This document shows, piece by piece, positions 12,701 through 25,417 of a stretch of 64,000 nucleotides of DNA. The position numbers were made by a program, and so were the translations under genes. The notes under the pieces were generated by a model, which was not told the DNA's origin, did not search any database, and was given only the letters and a program-made list of their open reading frames with translations. Source of the stretch: Tubiluchus corallicola (Eukaryota; Animalia; Priapulida); the NCBI GenBank assembly GCA_030141605.1, contig JAQGDQ010000111.1, positions 1 through 64,000 of the forward strand. Direction: 5' to 3'. Within the stretch, counting starts at the first letter, position 1, and each line of letters starts with the position of its first letter.

Positions 12701-15700
12701 TCAGTATGTAAGTAAGCAATTTATTTGAAAGTGCAGTTAGAAAGTTTGCATCATTGATGGCAGGAACAAGAAATAAAGCTTGTTAGGTGCCAGTGCCTTT
12801 ATAAGCATGTCGACACAATCGATTTTAAGGCTTTGTTTTATACTAACAACAGGTGGTCAAATAACATGCAATTTTACAATTTGTCAAACAAACACATAGA
12901 ATTTATGTATTTATTCATACCTGCTCCTGGAATGAGTGCTAATCTCGTCTCAACCAAACCCATTTTTGCTGTACTAGCTGAGAAAGAAAACAAAGCAACA
13001 AACAGTGACATGGATATCAATGGCTAGAGCTATAACAAGTTAACACTTCTATTAATGTTTTTACTGGAAAAATGATGCAAAAAATATGTAATAGCCTCAG
13101 TGTCATCAAATAAATTTAAAAACAAAGTAGTTTTTTACATTACCGGCAATGCGCATATCACAACCTAATGCCATTTCCAGTCCACCACCGAGGGCAGCAC
13201 CGTCCAATGCAGTTATAGTGGGCATTGGAAGTTCACGGAATTCTCCGACCATGCTCCGAAGTCGACTGACAAATGGGCCGACTTCCTCCAGAGGCATGAC
13301 AGCTCTTTCCTTTAAATCGGCTCCTGAAAAAACAAAATTCATATATGACATGACGTCCGAGTGGGGCAAGCTTCGGATTCGTTTGATGGTTTTCATTTCT
13401 TTGCCATTGCCTACTTAGAATACAGACACTTTGGGAGGCTTTCATTTAGCCAAGTACAATGCCGCTCTCTGACAATGCAAAATGATTTCATTATAAAGCC
13501 ATGCAGAACTTTCTAGATATCAACACGATTACAAAAACGAAATATTTGTCCACAGAAATTACATCAAATCACATAGATAACAGTAGCAACTTATTCTGAT
13601 CAGTATAATGAGAGTTGAATTACTACAAAGAAATTTCCTAAGCAAATATATTACAAGAGTCATCTCTGCAACATTATTCTTTACCAACTTTGGTCTCAAA
13701 TAAAAAAGTGTCACAGAAACAATTCAAGCATACTACTCATACATTCCATTGAGGCCATGATAATGATCTGAAAGACATTTTTCCAAAAATGTTGCTGCAC
13801 AGTCACTCATTCACTGAGTTGATCACATTGTCTGTGAGTGGATAACTAGTTTATTTAAGCAGGCTTAAAAAATACTGATCAGTATGTACAATTGTACTAC
13901 TTGTGATCCTTTAACACAATCGAGTGATCTCGGTCCTAAGCTTTGGATCTTACATCTGCATGGCTTCGATGCTCGCTCTAGGCTGCCTCCTTTCCCATAC
14001 TAACTCTGGCTGTTTATCTTGTAGAAAGCAGGTCTACATATACATGCGAATATGGTTGAGACACCTCTGCCAGTTCAGTGGCTCACTTTTGATGAATATC
14101 ACTGGACAATAAGCAGTTGAATAGGCCCTGTTGTTGAATGCTGGATTCCAGTTTGCAGTGACTTGTGTAAAAGAACTTAAATTTTTTACTTCTTCAAGGC
14201 ACCCTGAAGGCCTCAGCTGCATTGCATTTTCCAACAGCTTGCCAACTTTTTTCGTCTAAAATTTAACTGAAAAGTGCACTTATTTTCTCCTTATACAATA
14301 GGCATTTTCCTGAATATCTTTTGAAATAACATTCAGTGGCAGGCTTATTGTTGTTGTTGGCATCCTTCTGTCTCGGAAGACAGTGGAGTGTGCGCCAAGA
14401 GAGTCAGCTATTGATCACATTGATGGAGCTGCAGTGTCGACTGTGGCTGAGCAATCCGATCCTTGAGCCACTAGAGTGGCCTCTCCAGGGCGCACGCCTG
14501 GGCAAGGTGTATGGAGATCCTGGGTTGCCCAGACAACAGGAACCCCCTCTCTTCCTCCCTGGTGTAGTCCAAAGGAAAGCGGAACAATACGTTTGGCACC
14601 AGGTTGGCTGCAGGAGCTGCCGTAGTCAGTGAGCATGCTGCACTGGTCCGCCTTCGGGGCTCCACTCCTGATTTGGAAGGTTTACTCCTCTACACATGGC
14701 CGTTGGGTCACTTGACCTCCTCCGCCCTTGACCTTGTGCAGCTCCTCTGCCTAGTGTCGAAATACAGTGTGGGCATCCCGCAAGCCAACAGCACCTGGTA
14801 TTCCTAGGCGGTCACCCATCCAAGTACTAACCAGGCTCTACGTTGCTTAACTTCGGTGGTCAGACGAGAACCGGTGTTTTCAACGTGATACGGCCGTAGA
14901 CTTACTGTTACTTAATGTAGGTAGTTGCAGCAGAATTGAAACCTAGCTCATCAACCAGGGTAGTAATTTGAGTGCAAGCTTAGACTGAATTGTTTTCAGA
15001 AATGTCTTAGTCGTGCTTGAACGTGCTACCATGCTTCATAGAGACCTTAAGCTAGAAGTGGTATAGGAGATGAAACTGCCAAGGTCTTGATTTATTATAG
15101 ATTAGGATATCAATGTAATGCATAGCATTTTGTTTTCGTTATTTTTCTACAGCATGCACCGAATGAAGCCATAACCAAAATAATATACAGACTAGCAAAG
15201 GCCCCGCAAAAGATTTTGCGTATAAAAACACGTGTACTACCAAGTCCTCATTTATAACACAAAGCCGGAATATTCCGGCCTACTTACCTAACGCAAAGCC
15301 TGTAGCCCGTAACATCATGCCTACTGTATGTCTGTTTATCTAACACAAAGCCAGTAGCAGCTTTTTACTGAATTAAACTTATAGACAGAGTACAATGGAT
15401 GACGTCAGCACAATGGAATGCGGTCTGCAGTTTTCTAAGCGAAAATTTGCGGAAAATTGAACACCTAATTAACTCGTCGATACTCCTCTCGGTGGACCTG
15501 TCCTAACATATAGCCCACACCATCGTGTAGCCCTGTCCTTCCTCTTTGTAAAGAGCTATATATCTCCTTCCTAGAGTCCCACCGGGCGACGCTAGAACGT
15601 TTTTTCCGCATGCTGTTTGGTCAAAATTTCGAAAAAATCGCGAGTTGGATCCGGGAAAATGCCCGTTACGGGGCGCCCTGGCCCTCTCGGGAATTCTAAA

Positions 15701-18700
15701 TATGCCTACTACACCCACCGCTGAACGGGCTATCTATCCATACCCAGTACCCCTCTCGGCCCATTCCCGTTCTCTACATCTCAGCCGTATAACTTTTGCA
15801 ACTTTTTGCAAAAAACTGTCAAAAAAGGGGCATTTTTGGAGGTTTTCGCCTCCCCTTTCTCCCGGTGGGCCCGATTCGAAAAATAAACCATCAAGGAGAA
15901 GACACTAGATCGAGACCTTTTGTTTGATATATAGATCGCCGCAAATAGTGCCCTCGTCCGGGCTGTAGCCTCGAATCTTATATATAAATATATATACCAA
16001 GAATATTAATATAAGAGATGAAGACATACCTTAATCACACCTGCAACATCTATTGTCAATGTCAAATTCATAAAACTGCTGTAAAGTTAATGTTTACTTG
16101 AACCAATAAACTACATCTAAGCTATGACAATGAAAGCTTGATATCCTACCAGCACAAAATATTCCTGGTACAACACTTCTGATAATAAGAACTCGTACGT
16201 TCCTATCATGTTTAACAGTTTCCAAAGCATTTGTCATCTAAAAAACAAACATGTAGGATGATAGCTGCATAAAATGTTACTACAGATGACACAACGTTCA
16301 CAAAACAAGAGAATTTACACTAAATGCTCTATTAAATTCTTACAGTTCTTATAAAAGGCGGGAAATTTGTATGATTAAGTTTTAATTAAAGTGAGAAACT
16401 AGCTTTTCTGATTCAGTGTGACCACAATTAATTCCTAACCTTTAGGCCAAATCCAAGCATATTCTAAATTTTATAAAGTTTGGCAACCGCAAAAGGAAAT
16501 CCAGCACTCATCAGCAGTTACCTGCATGACGTGACAGATAGTGACAGAAGCAAAAAACAGTTCATTATCAAACCCTCCAAATCAGTACGGCAGTGTTCCT
16601 TATACTTCATTCATGACACTGAGGTGCGAAATTTACTTTTTATTTTTTATGCTCAAGTAACTTGGTACCACTGCCGTCTTAACAACATTATAGGCCACTG
16701 CGAAAAGCACTGCACTGTAGCCCCTACCTATACAACAGTCACAGGAATACAAATGTAAACAGCCAACAATATCAGTGTTTAAACATTAAAAACCACATGA
16801 GCTTAAGTTACGTCAAAATACACATTTTTACGTTATGTAGTGCGTGAGATCTGTACACATACATGCATGTGAGTTTGCAGAGGTGACCGTGATATTAAAC
16901 CATAGGTAAATGCCAATATCCACTTTTTGCACAATAACAAATATTTATAATTTAGTTTAGTACAGTACGTACTTACAAACAGCAAGTTACAACATACATA
17001 AATTGGCATGGGGCCCCTATGCTAGTGCACCCATGCATTAATACGAACCTGCTTGGTACATCAACTTACCAAATTTACAATATTTTTTCCAAAAGAATTT
17101 TTGGCAGCAGGTCTGTTCATCCCAATCACAGCCAAGCCTATAATGTAAAACACATAATAATCACATTCAGCTCGAACAGGCATAAACACTATTGAAAAAA
17201 GGCAATAATCACCAATAATGACCAAAAACAAAAGGCCGTTCTCATTTTGAACACAGAATTATATCATGGTGGATTTGATTACAATTTAGTAAATGCTACT
17301 GAAAGAGCATCGAAAACCCTTAATATTCTATACATGCTGTTGTTAATGTTCTGTTTTCCGAATCTTATTATAATTACCACAAGAACATCTTTTGCACTAT
17401 GTTTTTCCTACTGTATTTGACATTTCCAAGTCAGCACAAAATTAATTAACAATGACGTGTTACAAACAATAGACATTTTACTGCAAATTTGAAAAACTGC
17501 ATATTTGTTTAGTGGCATTTTCCATATGGCTCAACTTGTGAAGAGTTTACTTAATAAAACTCATTCATTTTAGTTGAGAAGTGAATAGATAATGTGCTAT
17601 TGTTATATATGACATCTTTTTCTAATGAATTGATAAATAAGATGTACAACATGCTAGTAATAAGTATGCACCAAAATGAGATAACTAATCACAAATTAAA
17701 AATGATGGAATGAAAATGCACAGAGGAGTGCATTGAAAAAGCAGCTTACATTTACATGCAAAATCTAAGATATTCCAAAATGAGAGAATTACAGATTAAT
17801 TAAATGCTCAAAACTAAATTTTTATCGAAAATTTATCATACAAATGTTCATTAGTTTTGCTTTAATCAGGTTGTAAATTAGAAAAAGCTATTAATGCACA
17901 TTATTTCTAATAGTCTTTTTCACTTCTCAAGGTTTGTTTACAACTGTGCAGGTACAGAACCATATTCTTATTGATTTATTGATATTGTTCATACTCTAAC
18001 TTATTACTGGTTCTTGTTGATGCTTTTTGTGTTAATAATTGTCAGCAAAATGTAATCATATTATTGTGAAAATTTCTCATTCCATAATATAACTAAAGTA
18101 AAGTAATGAACATTTGCATAACAAATTTTCCATAAAAGTTTAGGTTTGCACAGTCAATTAACTCTTTAATTCTCTTGTTTTTGGAATATTTTGAAATTTT
18201 GCAGGTAACCGTAAGCTGTTTTCTTCAGTGCACTCCACTGTGTATTTTCACCTACCATTTGATTTTATGTTTAAAAATCTTATTTTGGTGCATACCCAAA
18301 GGCAAAAACTAGCCTGATGTGAAACTCATTTATAAAAAGTACACATAGATGCCAAATTGCATTTCCCACGACATTTACTCATTTTCGATAAATTGCAGTA
18401 AAGCTAACAGGCACACATATTAACTTTACGGGGCACATGGACACGGTGTACTAATTTCTCATTTTGAATTATGCATAGGACAACTTGAATTTTGATCATT
18501 TTTATATTCACTTGTACCACATTACTTGGGTTATTGTTATCATTGCTTTTTGCTTATCATTTTGCTGTATGTTTAGATACTTGAATGCATGTTCACCCTT
18601 CAGTTATTTAAAGTTGATTAAAGAATTTTAATAGTAATAATAGTAATAGTAATTATATTTTCCTCCATAAATTTACAATGATTTGACAATAAAATACACA

Positions 18701-20244
18701 AAAATACAGATCAAGTTGCTAAGCAAAATAGTAATAATATAATTTCACTTCTATTCATGAGTTAAAATAATAGTTACAGTGGCATCCCAGTAATCGCATT
18801 CATCTATTGAAGGATGGCTTGACTAGTTGACCCTTATGGTCTTTTGCCATCCTATTTCCATTGTGATAATTAAATACATTTATTTGTCTCATGTATATCA
18901 TGAATATAGAAATAAATGCACCTTTTGAATTGAGTTGAATTCGTGTACGTTAGGCTGTTATCACAATTATGTTGAAAATGCGCCGCAGTTCTAAATGCCC
19001 GACAATTGCACTTAAACAACAATTTGAATTCAATTCAAAACGTGCATTTATTTCCATATTCATGATATAACTGGGACAAGTAAATGTATATAACTGAGAC
19101 AACAAACTGGTACCGTATATACTCGCATATAAGCCGAATTTAGAACTATAAAATACAATACTGAAATCAGGGGGTCGGCTTATATGCGCATGAAACAAAA
19201 TGAACACAAGGACAGACACTAATGCCAATTTTCCAGCCACACATTTTCATCGCTATGGATGGCGGAAGGCAAAGCTGAGTTGACTGCTAAAGGCAATTTC
19301 AAGCGACCTTCCTTACCTACAGTTGTGTCGTGGGTGAAGACGGCATGAGATGAGATTCCTGCAGAAATGGTACAAAAGTCATTTCTGAAATGTAGTATCA
19401 GCAACAAATTAGATGGCACTGAAGACGACTACCTGTGGCAGGAGGAGACTCAGGAAACAGCCTCAGACAGCAAAGATGATGCAGATGAGGTACTGTGGGA
19501 TGATGACAATGTTCAGTACACAAAAGAGGAATGGAGAAAGCTGTTTGGTGAGTCAGACGATGAGGGTGGTAGTGACAATGATTTTGAAGGTTTCTAAATA
19601 TTTTTAAGAACACTACGTTAAATTATAAACAGAAATGTTATAATTTTTTGTGAATAAATAGAAAACAAAATATTTTCTTCTTTATTCATATCAAAATGTA
19701 TAATTTCTTCTATTTCTTCTAGTATGTAACATAAAAGTAAGCATTTTACATCTTTATAGTAAAAAATTTCTATGAACCAAAAATACCCAATTAACAAAAT
19801 GTGACAAAAAGGGATCAATTTTGTTGATTGGGTATGGAGTAAAATTAGACAAGTTGATGGTCGGCTTATATACGGGTTTTTGCAAAAACTGGCCATTTTA
19901 AAGCAGTTTTGGGGGGTCGGCTTATATGCGATGTAGGCTTATATGCGAGTATATACGGTAATTACAACAGACTATTTTAGGTAAATAACGTAACATAAAA
20001 GTTATACAATGTACAACACCGAGCAAATTGAAAGCCACTGGCTGGTAGTTAAAGACGAAAAAGTTTAGCTTTAAATGAACACACCATTAGGATCACGTTT
20101 AAGCTCAAGTTCTGCTGACAAATCACTAGTGCTGAATCCTCGCACGAAACATCTTGAACTAAACAATCTTGCTCTCTGCTTGCTAAAGAGATATAATTTT
20201 TTGGAATGCACGCGACAAATCTTTAAAATTGTGCAAGCTGCCAT
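9728..20244 (-). CDS. AUH: Methylglutaconyl-CoA hydratase, mitochondrial (AU-binding enoyl-CoA hydratase), 8 coding exons
   Basis: Exons 20244-20085 (basic transit-peptide-like), 17137-17070 ([11 protein letters not shown]), 16237-16150 (VPGIFCAG), 13323-13144 (ADLKER...[19 protein letters not shown]), 12977-12921 ([15 protein letters not shown]), 12227-12040 ([19 protein letters not shown]), 11095-10997 ([15 protein letters not shown]), 9805-9728 ([25 protein letters not shown]). All are GT-AG with consistent phases. Confidence 0.96.
10325..10600 (-). mobile_element. Decayed 3' end of an L2-like LINE
   Basis: Minus-strand remnant FFSV...LWNNLP...SLDSFK..LKTRLF, followed by a CTCTATAAATAAAT-type end. 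Confidence 0.55.
14348..14901 (-). mobile_element. 5S rRNA-derived SINE (SINE3) with a GC-rich RTE-like body and (AAC)n tail, copy 1
   Basis: A full-length 5S head (14901-14782) runs directly into a ~430-nt body shared with 35363-35925 and ends GACAGAAGGATGCC(AAC)n. Possible TSD TTATTGTT (14345, overlapping the tail) / TTACTGTT (14902). Confidence 0.9.
14782..14901 (-). pseudogene. 5S rRNA-like sequence (SINE head)
   Basis: GTCTACGGCCGTATCACGTTGAAAACACCGGTTCTCGTCTGACCACCGAAGTTAAGCAACG...GGTTAGTACTTGGATGGGTGACCGCCTAGGAATACCAGGTGCTGTTGGCTT: 120 nt with A, IE and C boxes and no following oligo-T terminator. Confidence 0.92.
15192..16018 (-). mobile_element. Non-autonomous Helitron, 827 bp
   Basis: The minus strand begins A|TCTCTTATATT and ends CGCAAAATCTTTTGCG (hairpin) GGGCCTTTGCTAG|T. 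This gives 5'-TC, 3'-CTAG, a subterminal hairpin and an A/T insertion site without TSD. Confidence 0.85.
17664..18295. repeat. Diverged long inverted repeat (arms ~200 bp; weaker symmetry out to ~17478/18400)
   Basis: 17664-17864 aligns with the reverse complement of 18094-18295 (GTATGCACCAAAAT, GGAGTGCA, CAGCTTAC, ATATTCCAAAA, CAAATGTTCATTA). Confidence 0.8.
18870..19093. repeat. Hairpin element, ~78-bp arms
   Basis: TACATTTATTTGTCTCATGTATATCATGAATATAGAAATAAATGCACCTTTTGAATTGA mirrors 19020-19093. Confidence 0.85.
19113..19958 (+). mobile_element. Internally deleted pogo/Tigger-family DNA transposon
   Basis: Perfect TIRs CCGTATATACTCGCATATAAGCC flanked by a TA TSD, with subterminal GGTCGGCTTATA repeats. 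Transposase C-terminal remnant [48 protein letters not shown] plus an acidic tail. Confidence 0.92.
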
Positions 20245-20719
20245 ATTCTTCTGCAAATAGTAAACAAAAGCATGTGCACCGCTTAATTGGTCAAGAACAC
20301 CCATCTTTTGAAGATTTCTGCTACTTCAACGTTTACTTTGTGTAAAAAGCTGTAATCAAAACAATAAACCACCAATAAAAGTTTTGCTGGATAAAATTGC
20401 TTGTTGGCTGCTATTTCACTTTTGTGACAGATTTCTTTATAAAAGTATTCTGTCTGCCCAGTAACCTACAATAATTAGATTCGTGTGAGAATCTAAGCAA
20501 TTTTTACTATCAGTTGGGTTTTACCTGTTCTTCATTATACGGTTATTTTAGTTACTAGTTATTATGGATACTCCGGGCGAACATCGGAAACAGCCAAAGT
20601 AGTAGCATCATTGGGAGAAGTAGAAGCGCTAGTTTTCAGCTCCTGTACTTTATGTAGGCCCATATATCAGATAAACAGCCTGGACATTTGAGAATTTCAT
20701 TATCTTCTATTAATTACCC
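20245..20719. promoter_or_regulatory. Short bidirectional promoter/5' UTR region between AUH and RFXAP
   Basis: The divergent start codons are only 475 bp apart. A minus-strand donor CAG|GTAAAA at 20525 and acceptor TTTGCAG| at 20251 suggest an AUH 5' UTR intron. Confidence 0.6.
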
Positions 20720-21157
20720 ATGGGAAAATCTACAAACCAGAAGAACAGAACACAGTCAGATGGAAAAATGCCAAATGGGCAAAGTGCCAAAGTTGTTTCG
20801 GAAACATGTTCCTACACTAATTGTAATGAAATTGGAGTAAAGTCTGCATTGACTAAAAGTTCTCTCTGCAAAACTCACAGGTTAAAAACATACAAAGAAA
20901 AGTACAAGAAGAAAAAGGAAATGGCAGCAGTTACAGCAAAGCTTGAGGAAAAAATAAAACAAGAACTGCAGAAAACTTCAGTTGCATTAGACAGCAATGA
21001 TGCTGCGAATTCCTCTGTTTTAAATCCATCTATGCTGGAGCAAGTTCTTAATGAGAAAAAGTTATGTTTGCTGAAATCACCAGCTGTAGTTACATTCCTA
21101 AGAGAAAAGCAGCAAGAAAAACGAATAAAAACAACCGCCAAAGTGAAAAAGACATGA
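20720..21157 (+). CDS. RFXAP: Regulatory factor X-associated protein homolog, single exon, 145 aa
   Basis: CSYTNC...LCKTHRLKTYKEKYKKKK and SMLEQVLNEKKLCLLKSPAVVTFLREKQQ match the two conserved RFXAP blocks as I recall them (CTYEGC..MCKKHRNKMYKDKYKKKK; LLEQVLNQKRLSLLRSPEVVQFLQ). Confidence 0.88.
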   Translation: MGKSTNQKNRTQSDGKMPNGQSAKVVSETCSYTNCNEIGVKSALTKSSLCKTHRLKTYKEKYKKKKEMAAVTAKLEEKIKQELQKTSVALDSNDAANSSVLNPSMLEQVLNEKKLCLLKSPAVVTFLREKQQEKRIKTTAKVKKT

Positions 21158-21410
21158 CATCTGTGTTAGTAACTAGCGCCTCGGATGTTACATATCTAAC
21201 AAGTGAAACACTGAACTTTCTAGTGTTTGTTTTTCACTCAGTTGTATTCTTTTTTTATTTATAACCTTATATAACGTTGTTAAATGTGAAACCACACATT
21301 TTGTAATGAACCACTTCACAAGTTTTTATGCATTATCTACAATTTAATCGAACAACAATTTTGAAAATTCCGTTGTATGCTCTGGATATTTCCTTACTTC
21401 TAACCTAAGT

Positions 21411-22019
21411 GGTGTAGCAGGCCAAATTACCTCCTGCCCAGATTAAATGCGGGTATAGTTTGTCCCAGGCCAGAGTATACCCCGGGGGATAAACTGTCCT
21501 AGGCCAAACTATACCCAGGGTGCAAAATAGCCTAGGCCATTTTGTGTGCTATGATTTTCATCACATTGTGAACAGCGAAGTTAATTGGACATTATTTTAC
21601 CATTGCATTATGTTGTTTTGGGCATGTACTTTTATTCTAAAGTGTAAGCACTATTGAGAAGAGTGGTAGTAATCTTTCATCTTTGTGGAGTCTAATATTT
21701 TTATTGATTGTGTTTTCCTGGTTGTAGTAATAAAAGTCTATGTGTTCAGAATTTTGGTCTTATTTCAAAATTCAAGTCTGTTAGCTTTCTCATTTAACTT
21801 ACCTGACAAAGCTGAAACTGCCAGAGATTGTTTAAAAATTAAGTAATTCTTGTGTATATCACTCAACACTGCTGATATCCTGGGGGAGGGGTATAATCTG
21901 GCCTGAGCATATGAATTACTTGGGCTAGTCCATAATATACAAGGAGTATAATCTAGCATAGGCCACTTTAACCCCTGGGGTATAGTGGACTGGGGGTATT
22001 CTGTGGCCTGTTACACTGG
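21411..22019. mobile_element. Non-autonomous DNA transposon (MITE), superfamily unassigned
   Basis: Imperfect TIRs GTGTAGCAGGCCA / TGGCCTGTTACAC. GC-rich subterminal AGGCCA...TATACCCC/GGGGTATA modules lie at both ends around an AT-rich core. Confidence 0.65.
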
Positions 22020-22656
22020 TCCTAATTTAGTTTATAGAGATGGATGTCAAACGACTATAGATTACAAAGCGCATACTTGATAATTTTTACACTTTCCAAA
22101 AAGTTGCCGTGATTGTTTTATGTTTATTAATTACCAGATGGTCTCCTCAATCTTTTTTATTTGTAAACAGATGTGCATTTACGGCATTTGGATTGTGGTT
22201 AATAACAGAGTGGTCATAGTGTAAGCTTTGTGACCAAAGTTATGTCACATCGAGATTGGTCATCGAATGGCTCCTGACTGCTAGAGTCGTGTGGTTTCAT
22301 TAGCCATATGGGTATTGACTGTGTTTAATATAAACTTCTGCAGTTTATTTCTATGCAGAGGATACTGAATCCTAAAATGATTACGATTGGTCTACAGTGC
22401 AATGACACTCATTGTCTTAGTGTCTTTCTTTCCAGTTTATAATATCGGTGCATCAGAGATTTTGTTCAGGGTGGTTTCTTTCCAACAGAACCAGTTTTAA
22501 ATGCAAACATTTCAAACGAAGCCGGGAAATCCAAACTGATTCGATTATTTTTAAGCTTATTTCATTGCTATGAAAAATTGCAAAGATAAATCACTGTCAA
22601 CCTTCATAGTATGAGTTAGTCTCATGTTTACATGATAATTGTAAATAAGTTCAGAG

Positions 22657-25326
22657 ATGGCATCAGATTTTGCAAATGACATAGCCAGGTTGTGCTTTGA
22701 CCACTACAAGACAAGTTTACCGAAGAAGGGCAAGCCTGCATCTATAGGTAAGTAGATGATATAAGTTTTGTAAACGACTGATAAATATAATTGGATAATC
22801 TATTTAGATGATTATTAATATTCATTGGTGATGTTAAAAACCATTTGATACATGTGTATACATGGTAATGAAAAAGTAACCCATAACTCTTGTAACTGAT
22901 TTCAATGTGGTTATTTCTCAGTAAGGCACGTCCAGAAAATCTTTCCGCTTTCCGCAGGACACTTCTTCTAGCAGAGTGACAACAATTTTTCTTGGAAATA
23001 TTTTTTCTCGGAATTTTAATATGAAAAAACTTAGATGTTTTTCTCTCTTCAATAGCAAAGATGCCTAAACCATTGCGAATTCTGCTACACAAAAAAAGTT
23101 ACAGTTAGTTATTAGTCAAGGAAATAATTTTTCTGCGGACATGCATAGATTCTACACTACAATTTGTCCTTGTGTACTCAAACATTTCTGCTAATAAACT
23201 GACTAGGCATTCGCGGGACAAGCAGCTGTAAAACGTTTGTTTGAAGCTGTGGGTGATTTAGTTCTATAAACAGGTCTAATGCTATGAAGATTGATGTAAT
23301 TTAACTTTCGCGTTACAAGAGTTTTAATGAACTTATACTTCACAAAAAAAAAGATAAGATTTACTGATTTTTTGCTGCATCATTACTGTCCATCCAGTGA
23401 CAGATAGCTTTCTAGCACTCCAGCCTCCAGTACTTACTGACTGTTTGATCTCTGGCTTTAAATTACAATTATTCTAGCAACATTTCTGGCCCTACAACCT
23501 AGTCACAAATCAGTGACTAATGCCCTAGAAACTTCACAATTTATTTACTTTTTGGCATTCATAAATAAACCTGTAGTAGTTAAGCAACATCTTGCACAAA
23601 AATGCTTGGATCGCTGAGGTATTTTGCATAATGATTGTTTTCAAGGAATAGTATGGTGGTTGTGTTGCTAATGAAAATACATAAATGATGAAAATAAATT
23701 TGACCTTTTTATAAGTCCACCTTTTAAGATTTTGCCCTTAAACCTCCAGCCTTTCGCCGCAACATCCACCTTCTCGTGCAGCTACTTCCCCTAGATGTTT
23801 CTTTTAATTGCCTCTGGCTCTGAGCTAGGTCCATCTCCGGAATGCCAATTTTTAATCCTTAGGACATTTGCAACATTTCGTGGTAAGGCAGGAGGGCCTA
23901 ACCTAGTTTTCTTTAGCACATTAATTTAACATTTTCACAGGTGAATGGACTTCCTTAGCTGCTTTCGTGCTGAGTGATATCGACGACTCTTTTCGTGTTG
24001 TGTCTATGGCAACCGGGTCCAAGTGCATAGATGCGGGAAAAATGGTAAAGGACGGAACACTGGTGAATGACAGTCATGCCGAGATTTTGGCAAGACGAGC
24101 TTTTGTTCGGTAATTTTGCACAAGTTTTCTTTACAAAATATATTTCCACGAGCAGAAGTTCGCAGAGTTGTGAACAGAAGATATAACTTTGCTAATTTTC
24201 CTAATTTGTGCTTTAGTGACCATATACATCAGAAAAGACTCAAAGAACACAGTAAATCAGTCTAAAATTGAATCACAGACATTTTTGACATATGACCCCC
24301 TGTTATTTTTATGCACGTGAGTCGAGTAAAGTTAGTCAAGTAGTGAATAGTGTAACTGAAGGTTCAAATCAAAAACTTCGTTGCACTTTAGGTAATTTAC
24401 ACTTTTCTGTGAATTTGCTCACAGAATTTGATATTATAATTGCTGTTTCCATCGGCTCCAATTCTTAATTATGAATATTAGAGTTTGTTTAATTAAGTTG
24501 TTTATAGCTTGTTTTAGTAATGAGTTTTCAATTTTCTCATAGTTGTTGTTTTATTTTCTTTGTTAGGTTTCTTTTGGGAGAAATTGGCAAGGCTGTGGAG
24601 ACAGAAGAAAGCAATGTCGTCATCCAGAAAACGCCTGGAAAGTGGCACATTAAAAATGGAATAAGTTTCCACTTCTTTTGCAGTCAAACTCCTTGTGGGG
24701 ATGCCGCAATTTTTCCTCGTTTTGACACATGTACAAACTGTCAAGGCGAAGATGATTCTGAGATAACGAGTGCCAGCAAGAGAATTAAGATGGATCTGCC
24801 TGCTGACCTCTCATATGGAGCTACAGAGAATCGTTCAGATTATGAGTGTGAGCAAATGCAGACAGTAATCACTCAGCCAGGTAGTAATATATGCATTTAT
24901 TTTAGCAATGGAAAACGGGCAAAAAACTTTTGCTATATGAGCCTGATGGAATGGAAAGTAGACTTTTCCAGAAGTGTAAAGAAATCATCTAGAGCCATAT
25001 ATATAATATATACATATACATATACTTATATACATACATACATGATGATTTATATATATATACATATATAGGTTTATAATACGTATATAAACATTTGCTG
25101 TAAAGAGAGTTGTAACATATATCTTTTAATAGTAGGACAAAACAGCCTGGACGTATGTATGTATTTGTAGAACCACACAGAAGGAAAGGGAAAAAGAGGA
25201 GAGAGGAGCAAAAAAAGAAGGTGGAGAGAAGGAAGGAGACAGAGATGAGAAAGTGTCAGAGTAAGAAAAAGCATGAGAAAAAGTAAGAAAGAGAGAGGTG
25301 GGATGAGGGAGACGGAGGGAGGGAGG

Positions 25327-25417
<91 letters not shown>

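Noticed and set aside
14336-14807. Short ORFs duplicated at 35411-35685
   Set aside because: Chance frames within the GC-rich SINE body.
14782-14901. Functional 5S rRNA genes (also 35806-35925)
   Set aside because: No oligo-T terminator, dispersed rather than tandem, carry substitutions, and both are fused to the same tailed body.
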